A stretch of 64,000 nt of DNA from a virus: positions 113,804 through 177,803 of the IMG/VR virus record IMGVR_UViG_3300020599_000003. The stretch is one strand, 5' to 3'. A program made the position numbers and the translations under genes. Below the pieces are notes generated by a model that worked only from the letters and a program-made list of their open reading frames with translations, made no database searches and was not told where the DNA came from. Positions 27,530 through 36,117 of the stretch are shown here, piece by piece (position 1 is the stretch's first letter; each line of letters begins with the position of its first letter).

Positions 27530-28335
27530 TTCGGAGGCTCCGTGGTCAGGATTTCCTCGTACAGCGTGCTGTCGTCGTGCGGCGGCTGCTGGAGGATAGG
27601 GTTGATCTTGGGGGTCTGGATTGCGCGCACTTTCCACAGGTACGAAGCGTGGTTCAGCGGCTGCGGCTGGCGGCGCGGATACAGGTAGCCTAGGTGCGCA
27701 CAGAAGTCGTAGTCGTAGGAATACAGATACTCGCACATGGTGAGGATCTTGTGCTTGTCCTCCTCGGGCAGAGCATCGTACCACGCCCGGCTGCTCTTGG
27801 AGTTGAGGTGCTTGAGCTCGAACTGGCCGTCAGCACCGAATAGAAACCGGCTGATCTTCGACTCCAGGTTCGGGTCTTCCAGCGAGTAATGGGCGTACTC
27901 GATGGCGTATGCCTTGGAGGGGAAGAACGCAGCCTGAGGCCGGAACCACGGGAACTCCGGGAGCCACACACTCTCCGGTGTCAACATCTCCCACAGGAAG
28001 TCCACCAGCGGCAGGTTGAATCGTGTGTACCAGTCGTGCCGCTTGACCTCGAACTCGCGAATGGCGGAGAGGAAGCGGTCGAGCGGATCACGCACGATTC
28101 CGAAGAAGCGATACTTCGACAGGCGGTGTGGGCTGAGAATGCGCGCCACCGACTGGAAGTCCAGGTGGGACATATTCTCCATGTGGTATGCACCGTCGCG
28201 GGGGTCGCGGAAGAACCCCTGGTAGCGGTAGGTGTCAGGTACACCCAGGCGCTTGAGGAGTTCGGTGCGGATGCTGGTGCCGCCCGCCTTGGGGTTGTGC
28301 AAGAAGACGATCTTGCGACCTTCATCAACGATCAT
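27520..28335 (-). CDS. Sulfotransferase (Sulfotransfer_2 family)
   Basis: 5'-PSB loop FLHNPKAGGTSIR; 3'-PB motif FGIVRDPLDRFLSA; FRPQ. Confidence 0.88.
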   Translation of the reverse strand: MIVDEGRKIVFLHNPKAGGTSIRTELLKRLGVPDTYRYQGFFRDPRDGAYHMENMSHLDFQSVARILSPHRLSKYRFFGIVRDPLDRFLSAIREFEVKRHDWYTRFNLPLVDFLWEMLTPESVWLPEFPWFRPQAAFFPSKAYAIEYAHYSLEDPNLESKISRFLFGADGQFELKHLNSKSSRAWYDALPEEDKHKILTMCEYLYSYDYDFCAHLGYLYPRRQPQPLNHASYLWKVRAIQTPKINPILQQPPHDDSTLYEEILTTEPPKCG

Positions 28336-29120
28336 TGTCGCTCCAGAGCTTCGGCGCGCTTGCGCCAGTACATACACTGCTCGCCCAGGCTGAGATTGCG
28401 GGGGTCCTGTTCATGGTGGTATCCGGCAAGCGGGATCGCCATACCATCGACGATGTCCGCATGCGTGGTGGGCGGGGCCACGCTGCCGACCATCTCGTAG
28501 CCGAACAGCAGGAAGTCCCGGGCATACAGCCTATTTACCAGACCCAGCACATCCTCGTCCAACTGGTCGACAGTCAGGCGCGCGCCAACATCGTACTTGC
28601 GCTGATCCTTGGCGTGATCGAGTTCGGTACGCTGGATGCCCAGGTGCATGGTCAGCTGGGACCAATGCAGGTCCAGCTCTTCGAAGCGCCCGATGAAGTC
28701 CGCGAACTTCGTGTTATTCCAGTAGAAGAAGTAGTGCTGCGGGCAGAAGTGGGTGTACCGCCAGTCGAATCGGAGGTTGCTCACGGTCATGTGGCGGCGC
28801 GCCCATTCGTTGAAGTCGGTGTCCGGGGCCAGCTTGTGCTGGTACTTGTGTTCCGCCCACGAGCTGAACAGGCGGTCGTAGGGGTTGCGCACGAAACCGA
28901 ACTTCGTGTAACTGGCGAAGTCGCGGTCCGGCCACACGTGGGGTACGTCGCCAGCACACACATGGAACAGCTCCACCACGCGCTCCAGGGACGGGATGTA
29001 TTCCTGGTACGCCAGCCGATGCGGGTTGCTGTCGTACTGGAAGAGCTGGCGGCGGATGCTGGTGCCCGCAGCCTTGGGGTTGTGGATGAAGAGGAACTTG
29101 TTAGTATCGGAGATGATCAC
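28332..29120 (-). CDS. Sulfotransferase (Sulfotransfer_2 family)
   Basis: FIHNPKAAGTSIR, FGFVRNPYDRLFSSW, HFCPQ, DFIGRFEEL, LYARDFLLFGY. Confidence 0.92.
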   Translation of the reverse strand: MIISDTNKFLFIHNPKAAGTSIRRQLFQYDSNPHRLAYQEYIPSLERVVELFHVCAGDVPHVWPDRDFASYTKFGFVRNPYDRLFSSWAEHKYQHKLAPDTDFNEWARRHMTVSNLRFDWRYTHFCPQHYFFYWNNTKFADFIGRFEELDLHWSQLTMHLGIQRTELDHAKDQRKYDVGARLTVDQLDEDVLGLVNRLYARDFLLFGYEMVGSVAPPTTHADIVDGMAIPLAGYHHEQDPRNLSLGEQCMYWRKRAEALERQ

Positions 29121-29128
29121 GATGTGCC

Positions 29129-30127
29129 TTAGACGCGCTTACCGCGTACGAACTTGATGTACTTGAGATTGGCCTGATACGTCTTCGCATCGACCTTGCC
29201 GCCCGCCGCCTGCCATTCGTAGGCCACGCGGTCGCAGATGTCCGAGAACTTGTCCGTGTCCTTGTAGGTGAAGATCTTGGGCGTGCGGCTGAGGCCGTTC
29301 AGCTGGCAGAAGTCGCGGATGAAGTCACGCGTTTCCTGGACGTGGTCCTCGGTGATGCCGGTCACGATGCGCTTGTGGCGACGGAAGATGATGAAGTTGC
29401 CACGCATCTTCTCGTCGCGGGTGAAGCCTTCGATCACACCCGGGAAAAGCTGCATGCACTTCAGCGCATCGTTCGCTGTCAGGAAGTCCGTGCGGCTGTT
29501 GCCCACGCCGGATTCGCGGATAGCCTTGGACGTCGACGGAAACGTGGCAAGTCCGGTATAGACTGCAGCGGACTTGGTCGCCATGAAGTTCTGGATCGGG
29601 ATGGGTTGGTCCACCGTGAACAGGATGCGATTGTGCCAGATATCGCGGGGGCGGCGCGCAGAGAAGCCTGCTGCCGCGCTGCCGAGCTCGTTCTCCAGTA
29701 CCGCCCTGCCGTTGCGCGCATGTCCGAATGTGCTGAGCTGCTTGCGGCAGATGGCGACCATGTTGTAGACCTCGAACATGCGCGGGATCACGTCCAGCAT
29801 GCGGTCCATGAACAGGCCCGGAGCATCCTTCGCCTTGACGTAGCGTCCGGCTTTCTGGTCCCATGCGAACATGTACTGGTCGTCGTCCAGCTGCATGTAG
29901 TGTCCCTTCAGCTTCTCGTAGAAGAAGCGCTTCTTCTTGTAGAGGCAATCCATGTACGGCTCGAAGCGGTTGATGGACCGCACCTTGTTGCCGTACCACG
30001 CGTTCTTGTACTGCTTGTATTCCTCCGGCATGACCCACAAGTCGATGTGCTGCAGGAATTGTTCCGGCATGCTCTCGAACGCGACCATGTTGTTGGCGCG
30101 CCCGTAGGAAGTGACGACGTAGCGCAT
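29129..30127 (-). CDS. GT-A glycosyltransferase, TAGT-like
   Basis: VVTSYGRAN, YMQLDDDQ, DQPI..Q...G. Confidence 0.65.
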   Translation of the reverse strand: MRYVVTSYGRANNMVAFESMPEQFLQHIDLWVMPEEYKQYKNAWYGNKVRSINRFEPYMDCLYKKKRFFYEKLKGHYMQLDDDQYMFAWDQKAGRYVKAKDAPGLFMDRMLDVIPRMFEVYNMVAICRKQLSTFGHARNGRAVLENELGSAAAGFSARRPRDIWHNRILFTVDQPIPIQNFMATKSAAVYTGLATFPSTSKAIRESGVGNSRTDFLTANDALKCMQLFPGVIEGFTRDEKMRGNFIIFRRHKRIVTGITEDHVQETRDFIRDFCQLNGLSRTPKIFTYKDTDKFSDICDRVAYEWQAAGGKVDAKTYQANLKYIKFVRGKRV

Positions 30128-30894
30128 CAGATGAGACCTCCAATCTTCGCAGCGCTACGCCACGAGATACGAGTGTTGGAATCAGGGTGCTGAGCCGACG
30201 GCGGTTTTTCCTTGACCACGTCGGGGTGCAGCTGGATGAGTTGCTTCAGGCAGCGTGCCGCTTCCTCGCGGGTGCGCTCGCCGGACAGGCCACCGTCGCC
30301 TTCAGCGCCGCGCTGTGCCACTACCATATCATATGTCAGAGCAATGCGCCATCCACCCTTGAGCCATTGCAGCGTGTAGTCAATGTCTTCGTAGAAGTGG
30401 ATGCGCCCCCACTCGATAGCTTTGATGGCGGCACGAGAAGCGCCGAATGCAAAACCGAGATGGAAGTTTTCTTTGATCCCACCCTTCTGGGCGAATGCCT
30501 TGGTGCCGAGTCCGATTACAGGATAGTCGCGCACGAGCTTCGGCATCGTCTTCGTCCAGAACTTGCGCGTGGCCGCCGCGTTGGTGGAGGCCACGACGTG
30601 CTTATCCTGCTTGGTGTCGAAGACGTACAGGTAGAGGTCGTCGTCGAACATGAAGCTGAACGGGTATTTGCTCTGCTTCATGATCCACTCGCGCTTCTTG
30701 TGGAGGGTCTTGATGTTGTCCGGCTGCGCCAGCACGTTGACGCCAGGGTAGTTGCTGCGCAGCGCGTCAACCTCGTCACGCGGACACACCAGGGTCACCA
30801 GCGACCGCAGCGGGAGCGGCATACGCTCGACAGTGAGTTGCTTCGTGGTGCGGCCACGGGTTGGGATGAAGATGTGGTAGTTAGGCTTCGACAT
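30127..30894 (-). CDS. GT-A glycosyltransferase, TAGT-like
   Basis: Start MSKPNY at 30894; IFIPTRGR, KREWI, FMFDDDL, YEDIDYTLQ.L..GW, GGLS.ERT. Confidence 0.8.
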   Translation of the reverse strand: MSKPNYHIFIPTRGRTTKQLTVERMPLPLRSLVTLVCPRDEVDALRSNYPGVNVLAQPDNIKTLHKKREWIMKQSKYPFSFMFDDDLYLYVFDTKQDKHVVASTNAAATRKFWTKTMPKLVRDYPVIGLGTKAFAQKGGIKENFHLGFAFGASRAAIKAIEWGRIHFYEDIDYTLQWLKGGWRIALTYDMVVAQRGAEGDGGLSGERTREEAARCLKQLIQLHPDVVKEKPPSAQHPDSNTRISWRSAAKIGGLI

Positions 30895-31642
30895 CGGGGA
30901 GAAGTCCTTGGTACGATCTGAGTTCCCCGGGCGTGCCGAGGCAGTGGAAAGAGGTGCGAGGCACCGACAGAACAGCAACCTCCTGCGCAGCCGTCTTGGA
31001 GAACATGTCCACGAACGTGGCTTCCCGCCCTTCTGGCAGCTTCTCCAGGTACTGCGCAGCGAGAGTCTCGAACTCGGACAACGAGCGGAACCAGTAGATG
31101 CCGCACGCGCCGAGTACATCACCACCAATGGGCAGGTCCGGCTGGCGCTCCCAGGCACGTAGGAGGCGCGTGCGGTCGGCGGACGTGAACAGCTTGGCCT
31201 TGTTGGTGTCGTCCGGGCTGGACTCGCCATAAAAGCCCACGAGGCCACACGTCGTATTGTGACGCTCGAAATACGCTGCGGTCTCGTTCATGGGTTGACG
31301 GATGTACGAGTCGCAATCGTAGAACAGTACCGGGCGCAGTGGATTGATCTCGGGCCATAGGTTAACTGCGTTCAGCGCAGATTCGACGGGGCCGCGTGTG
31401 ATGGCTTCCAGCGCGACGAAGTTCTTGAACGCGCCCGAGCCGAACAGGGTCTTCCCGGATGCCCACGGAGGCAGCGCCCCGTACAGATCAGTGGCTCCAG
31501 GGGAAATGTGCATCATGCTGGAGACGAACATCCACATGGGAAGCTTGCCGTCCACGAGGATGAACGGCTTCGGCACTTCGTATCCAGCGTCGGCAAAGCG
31601 TTGGCCTGCGCCAGCAGCGAGCAGGCAGAGTTGGGTTTTCAT
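30881..31642 (-). CDS. Sugar-phosphate nucleotidyltransferase (capsule-locus BcbG/EcbG-like)
   Basis: LAAGAGQRFADAGYEVPKPFI, TRGPVESAL, YDCDS, CGIYWF, LGTPGEL. Confidence 0.75.
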   Translation of the reverse strand: MKTQLCLLAAGAGQRFADAGYEVPKPFILVDGKLPMWMFVSSMMHISPGATDLYGALPPWASGKTLFGSGAFKNFVALEAITRGPVESALNAVNLWPEINPLRPVLFYDCDSYIRQPMNETAAYFERHNTTCGLVGFYGESSPDDTNKAKLFTSADRTRLLRAWERQPDLPIGGDVLGACGIYWFRSLSEFETLAAQYLEKLPEGREATFVDMFSKTAAQEVAVLSVPRTSFHCLGTPGELRSYQGLLPDVEA

Positions 31643-33084
31643 CAGATTTCCCCGACCAGCTCGTTGGCGAGCCGGATGAATTGGTGTTGGTGGTCGGGCC
31701 GGTCGCTGTGCAGAGGCACCATCGAGTAGAACAGCAGCGCGGTCTGTGCCAGCAGCCATTCGCGGCACACATCGAAGCGCAACCGGATCGACCGCAGGAA
31801 GAAATCGACCAACGTCTGGTTGCGCTCGAACGGCCTATCGGCCATGATATGGTCGTAGCCCACCAACGAGTGGAACAGCTTCGCTAGATCGTAGCGGATG
31901 TCCCCGAACAGCGTCGGCGTGTTGTCGTTGTCAACGCCACGCGGATCGATCAGCACGATGTCGCGCAGGCGATGGTCGTATAGGATATTGCTGAAGCACA
32001 AGTCGCCATGCACCAGATACGAATACCTCCGTGTAGCGTTGCCGACGATCTCACGGCAGTGGTCGATGTTCTGCTGGATCCGCGTGGTCGCCATCCCGTC
32101 GGGGTATTCAGCGAAGCGTGCAAGGGGCTTGTCCTGGAACAGGGCAGTGGACTGCTCGATGGCGGATAGTGGCGCAGGGCCAACGTCCATGGATGCGTCG
32201 AGCCATTTGAAGCAGCGCTCCAGGATGCATTCCCACTCCTGGTCGCGCAGCTTGCCGTGGACGTACATCTCGGATAGCGTAGGCAGTGGGCTGTACTCCA
32301 GCGAGTATTCGCCGTCGAAGCGGCCGGGATTGGTCAGCAGCTTCGGGGCGTAGATTTGCAGAGCGGGCGGCAGGTTAGCGAACCAGTTCAGCTCGCCGAA
32401 GATCTTGTGCTTGGGGCCACGTTTGGTGACTGTCCGATGGTCCACCGATTCCAATGCATTGAAGTTGCGCGTGGTGTGCTTGAGGTAGGCGTGCTTGGAC
32501 GTGAAGTACGTGCTGAGGTGACCGAAGTCCTTCCACGAGTCTGGGGCCACGCGCTCGACATGCAGCGCCCCGAGGAACTTGATGAACTCGGCGCGATCCT
32601 TGAGCGGGCTGTCGTGCAGCTTCTTGACGGTGCTACGGCACGCCGTGAAGTGACCCACGAAAGCGCGCTCGGTGCCAGGCAGGAAATCCCAATGGCGCGT
32701 CGACCCGACGTAGTCGTTCGTGGTGTACACGATGGGGAGTTCACGGCGCAGGAAGCTAGTACGAAGCGTGTCTCCCCAAAGGAAGTGGACGCACGTACTG
32801 TCGTCAATGCGGCAGACCAGTTGACGTATGAGGAAGTTCAGAACCTCATGCAATTCCAGGTCCCGCAGATTGGCGATGAAAGTCACACCCTCAATCTGAG
32901 GCGTGGCAGTGTCGGGCCAAGTCACGATGATCTCGTCCACTTGGTCCCGAGCGGCCTCGATTTGAAGCTGCAAAAGGGTCTTGCCGCCAACAGGTACAGC
33001 GGCGGCAGGAATGGGTCCGAAGAGGAACTGCAACTCCGCATCACACAATGCGGAGCTCAGGATAACGAGGATCTGTTTCTTCAT
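31642..33084 (-). CDS. Nucleotidyltransferase-like/APH-type kinase fusion (capsule-locus BcbE/EcbE-like)
   Basis: N-terminal ELQFLFGPIP...PVGGKTL; DFGHLSTYF...TRNFN.L; HGDLCFSNILYD, IDPRG, GDIRYDLAKL.HS. Confidence 0.75.
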   Translation of the reverse strand: MKKQILVILSSALCDAELQFLFGPIPAAAVPVGGKTLLQLQIEAARDQVDEIIVTWPDTATPQIEGVTFIANLRDLELHEVLNFLIRQLVCRIDDSTCVHFLWGDTLRTSFLRRELPIVYTTNDYVGSTRHWDFLPGTERAFVGHFTACRSTVKKLHDSPLKDRAEFIKFLGALHVERVAPDSWKDFGHLSTYFTSKHAYLKHTTRNFNALESVDHRTVTKRGPKHKIFGELNWFANLPPALQIYAPKLLTNPGRFDGEYSLEYSPLPTLSEMYVHGKLRDQEWECILERCFKWLDASMDVGPAPLSAIEQSTALFQDKPLARFAEYPDGMATTRIQQNIDHCREIVGNATRRYSYLVHGDLCFSNILYDHRLRDIVLIDPRGVDNDNTPTLFGDIRYDLAKLFHSLVGYDHIMADRPFERNQTLVDFFLRSIRLRFDVCREWLLAQTALLFYSMVPLHSDRPDHQHQFIRLANELVGEI

Positions 33085-34166
33085 TGGTTCGTCCGGTAAT
33101 CATCACCAGTATACGCTTTGGTCCAGGAGACCACCACTTCTTGACGCACTTCTGACGTACTGTATTTACGGTCTTGGACCCTGACTAGACCGGGATGTAT
33201 CTTGGCGAGTCTGAACGCCTCCGCGTTCGAGGCCTCCATTGTTCGTTCGGTACTGACTCCCCCTTCTGCACCAAAATCCAGCGGGTTGATGACGAGGTTT
33301 TGCATGATCGCATTGGGGTAGCCCAGCTTCAGCAGATGCAGCGTGACGTTGAAGTCCTCGCGGAAGCGCACTTCGTCGAAGCGGATGCCGTTGTCCAGCA
33401 GCGTGCGCCGGTGATGACCGATGGCGTGCATGGCGCGGCCCACGATCTTAAGCTCCTTGCGCACCGCGTTGTTCATCATGCGACTGGAGATGCAGGTATG
33501 GGCGTACCCATCCTCCACCATGAGCTTTCGTAGAGCTTTCCAGGCTGCGGTACGCTGCTTATCGTCAAATCCATCTTTGAATAGGAATGTGACGCCCTTC
33601 TCCATCGCTTCATCAGTAACACGCCATTGGCCCGACTTCTCCGTACCGTGCCATTCGCGCATACTCATCGGACACCGCCGGAAGAAGTACATGTCGTCGT
33701 CCATCTGGAAGATGTTCTCGCTGCGCACGTTCTCTATAATCCATTGGCGTTTTTTGGCTATTCCATCTACAGAGGGGTCATCAACAGCCCATACCAAGTC
33801 GTGCTTGTAATAGCGACGGATTTCCTTAGCCTCATCCCAATCGCTGGTCAGCACGAGGGTGTTGGCGCGGATTTCGGGCGGCAGCTCCAGCAGAGTGATC
33901 TGGCGGTGCGGACGCCGGTACGTCGGGATGACTATCTGGAAGTCCTTATCAGCCACGGGTGGGCGCTTGCCAGCGGGCTTGAGAACAATGCGTGGCTTCA
34001 CATCAATGAACTGCGCACGGTTCGAGTTGACTCGCGATTCCTTCGGCTCTTTGGCTTTCGCTGCCTTGGGTTTCGCGGTGGACTTGGCACCCTTCTTGGT
34101 CGGTGCCTTGGGAGGAGCTTCGGCTGGCTGGGGCCGATTGGCGAGGATCCGAGAAAGTATGCCCAT
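33081..34166 (-). CDS. GT-A glycosyltransferase, TAGT-like, with a basic N-terminal extension
   Basis: IVIPTYRRPHRQIT, KRQWI, FQMDDDM, REDFNVTLHLLKLGYPN, GAEGGVSTERT. Confidence 0.82.
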   Translation of the reverse strand: MGILSRILANRPQPAEAPPKAPTKKGAKSTAKPKAAKAKEPKESRVNSNRAQFIDVKPRIVLKPAGKRPPVADKDFQIVIPTYRRPHRQITLLELPPEIRANTLVLTSDWDEAKEIRRYYKHDLVWAVDDPSVDGIAKKRQWIIENVRSENIFQMDDDMYFFRRCPMSMREWHGTEKSGQWRVTDEAMEKGVTFLFKDGFDDKQRTAAWKALRKLMVEDGYAHTCISSRMMNNAVRKELKIVGRAMHAIGHHRRTLLDNGIRFDEVRFREDFNVTLHLLKLGYPNAIMQNLVINPLDFGAEGGVSTERTMEASNAEAFRLAKIHPGLVRVQDRKYSTSEVRQEVVVSWTKAYTGDDYRTNQ

Positions 34167-34172
34167 GAGATA

Positions 34173-34682
34173 TCACCCGTATTGGAGAGCGCAGACGCCT
34201 AAGCGCCGGTACATTTCGATCTGGTGGTCGGAGTCGTCCACCGCGAAGAGGATGTCTAGATTGTTGGCCCGCAGCATTTCCACGAATTCCTGCTTGAACT
34301 TGGTGGAGGCTGAGGCCCCGTGCCCGTAAATGCTCACATCCTTGAAGTGCGTTGCCATGCGGCCGGACTGTAGAGCCTCATCGGCCAGACTACTGCTCAG
34401 GCACGACTGGAAGATGCGGCGCTGGTCTGGAGTGTTGGGGCGGGCTGACAAGAACACGATCTGCACTGGCGAGTACCAGAGCATATCGACAACTCGCAGG
34501 AACGGCAGCGGAGTGTCCAGGGCTGCGAGATTGTTGTACTCACGGCGGTCTTCAGGTGTGGAGTTGGGCTTGGTAATCAGGTGGAGGCGGTGGCGGTGAT
34601 CGAACAGAACACCGTCCACGTCCACAAGCACGATGGGCAGCCGGTTGCCACGCGCCCAGTCCAGTGAGAATTCGCCGATCAT
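34173..34682 (-). CDS. HAD phosphatase (PNKP/PseT C-terminal-like)
   Basis: VLVDVDGVL, FLSARP, FK, AVDDS..I.MY..LGV. Confidence 0.8.
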   Translation of the reverse strand: MIGEFSLDWARGNRLPIVLVDVDGVLFDHRHRLHLITKPNSTPEDRREYNNLAALDTPLPFLRVVDMLWYSPVQIVFLSARPNTPDQRRIFQSCLSSSLADEALQSGRMATHFKDVSIYGHGASASTKFKQEFVEMLRANNLDILFAVDDSDHQIEMYRRLGVCALQYG

Positions 34683-35446
34683 GACAGCGAGAAGATGACG
34701 GTGCCATCTTCGTTGGTCGTGAACTGTGGGAATCCTTCGACGCCGACGTTCCACTTCTTGACGTTGTGCTCAATGGTGCTGGCCGGGTACATGTCCCCGT
34801 TCAGGTGGAAGCCATCGACCAATGTTTCAGCCATGTTGTCGGCCTGGATGATGCGCCAGTGCTTCGTGTTGCCGTCACTGAGTGTGTTGTAGCGGATGTA
34901 GAATCGCTTGTAACCAGCACGGCTGCGGAGGAGCTTGTCGCAGACGGTGGCCCAATCGTCAAGTTGCTCGGCACTCTGCCAACCCTGGATGACGAGGTCG
35001 GCGACGCCAGGACCCGCCAGGGTATTGGAGGTGAGGGGCTTCTCGAACAACATATTGGTGTCTGCGAAGCGACCCTCATCGATGGTGTCCATCCAGATTT
35101 TATGGATGACCAGATTGGAGTTCTCGGTGTTGGCGGCAGCATGGAACGTGCGGCGAGTTTCCAGCGTAGGGTTCACGAAGTCCACGACCACGAACGGCGC
35201 GGTCAGCGACGTGTAGCCAGCGAGGCTGCCCAGGATACGTGCTTGCTCCAGGCGATCCTCAGGCGTGAAGCCCAGGTGTTTGGTAATCGTGCTACGTGCC
35301 CAGTCCGCGTTGATGTGGACCGCACCCAAGAGTTTGCTGAGCTTCTTGGCGAGCGTGGTTTTGCCGGAGCCGGGCAAGCCCATGATGTTGATGATGCGGT
35401 GGGTGCGCGGCGATGACGTTGTTTCGATCTTGGCTTGCTGGGTCAT
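34679..35446 (-). CDS. cysC: Adenylyl-sulfate (APS) kinase-like P-loop kinase with a C-terminal extension
   Basis: IMGLPGSGKTTLA, INADWAR, GFTPEDRLEQAR, VVVDFVNPT..TR, GRFADTN..FEKP. Confidence 0.75.
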   Translation of the reverse strand: MTQQAKIETTSSPRTHRIINIMGLPGSGKTTLAKKLSKLLGAVHINADWARSTITKHLGFTPEDRLEQARILGSLAGYTSLTAPFVVVDFVNPTLETRRTFHAAANTENSNLVIHKIWMDTIDEGRFADTNMLFEKPLTSNTLAGPGVADLVIQGWQSAEQLDDWATVCDKLLRSRAGYKRFYIRYNTLSDGNTKHWRIIQADNMAETLVDGFHLNGDMYPASTIEHNVKKWNVGVEGFPQFTTNEDGTVIFSLS

Positions 35447-35447
35447 A

Positions 35448-35999
35448 TCAGTACTCCATGGAATGTTCACTGATGGTGTCGTGGCATCGCAGAACGCAGA
35501 TGCCTTCTTCCTTGAACATGTTGATGTTCTTGATGCTGTCGTCGATGGCTGCGACAATGTCCAGACCGGCAGCCTGGATTTTCTTCACGATGCGACGTTT
35601 GTAGTCCACCGAGTTTTCTTCGTGGGGTGCGGTGTCCTTGAATTGGTAGTACCAATCTTCGTAGCCGGGGATGAACGGCTTAATCGCGTTCTCGAACGTG
35701 CTGATTTGGAACTGGTCCTCCGGGCGAGCCGTCAGGAAGATGAGCGTGTACACCACGGACAGACGGCGCAACATCCTGCACAGCGGGAGAGGCTCGTCCT
35801 CCGGGGCCTCCCGCTCGTAAGCTTCCCAGTCCGCACCCGTGGTCTTGTACTCGATGCGACCGTCGCGGATTTCGCAGATGTGATGCAGGCGCGGCAGGTT
35901 GTTCAGGAGAACACCGTCCACGTCAACGATGAGGACCTGCGAATCTTTCCGCAGGTTGCGGAGGCCAGCAGCCAGACTGTGATCGAAATCTGCCATCAA
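35448..35999 (-). CDS. HAD phosphatase (PNKP/PseT C-terminal-like)
   Basis: LIVDVDGVL, FLTARPE, YK, AIDDS..NI.MF. Confidence 0.8.
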   Translation of the reverse strand: MMADFDHSLAAGLRNLRKDSQVLIVDVDGVLLNNLPRLHHICEIRDGRIEYKTTGADWEAYEREAPEDEPLPLCRMLRRLSVVYTLIFLTARPEDQFQISTFENAIKPFIPGYEDWYYQFKDTAPHEENSVDYKRRIVKKIQAAGLDIVAAIDDSIKNINMFKEEGICVLRCHDTISEHSMEY

Positions 36000-36117
36000 G
36001 TTTTCCTAGATGAAATTGGTGGAACGCTCACGGAACATGCGAGCATCTTTGAGAGCGATACGCGTAAGCGCACTATCTTGCGCCGCGCATCCAGCATCGG
36101 TGGTGACGCTGTGCACG

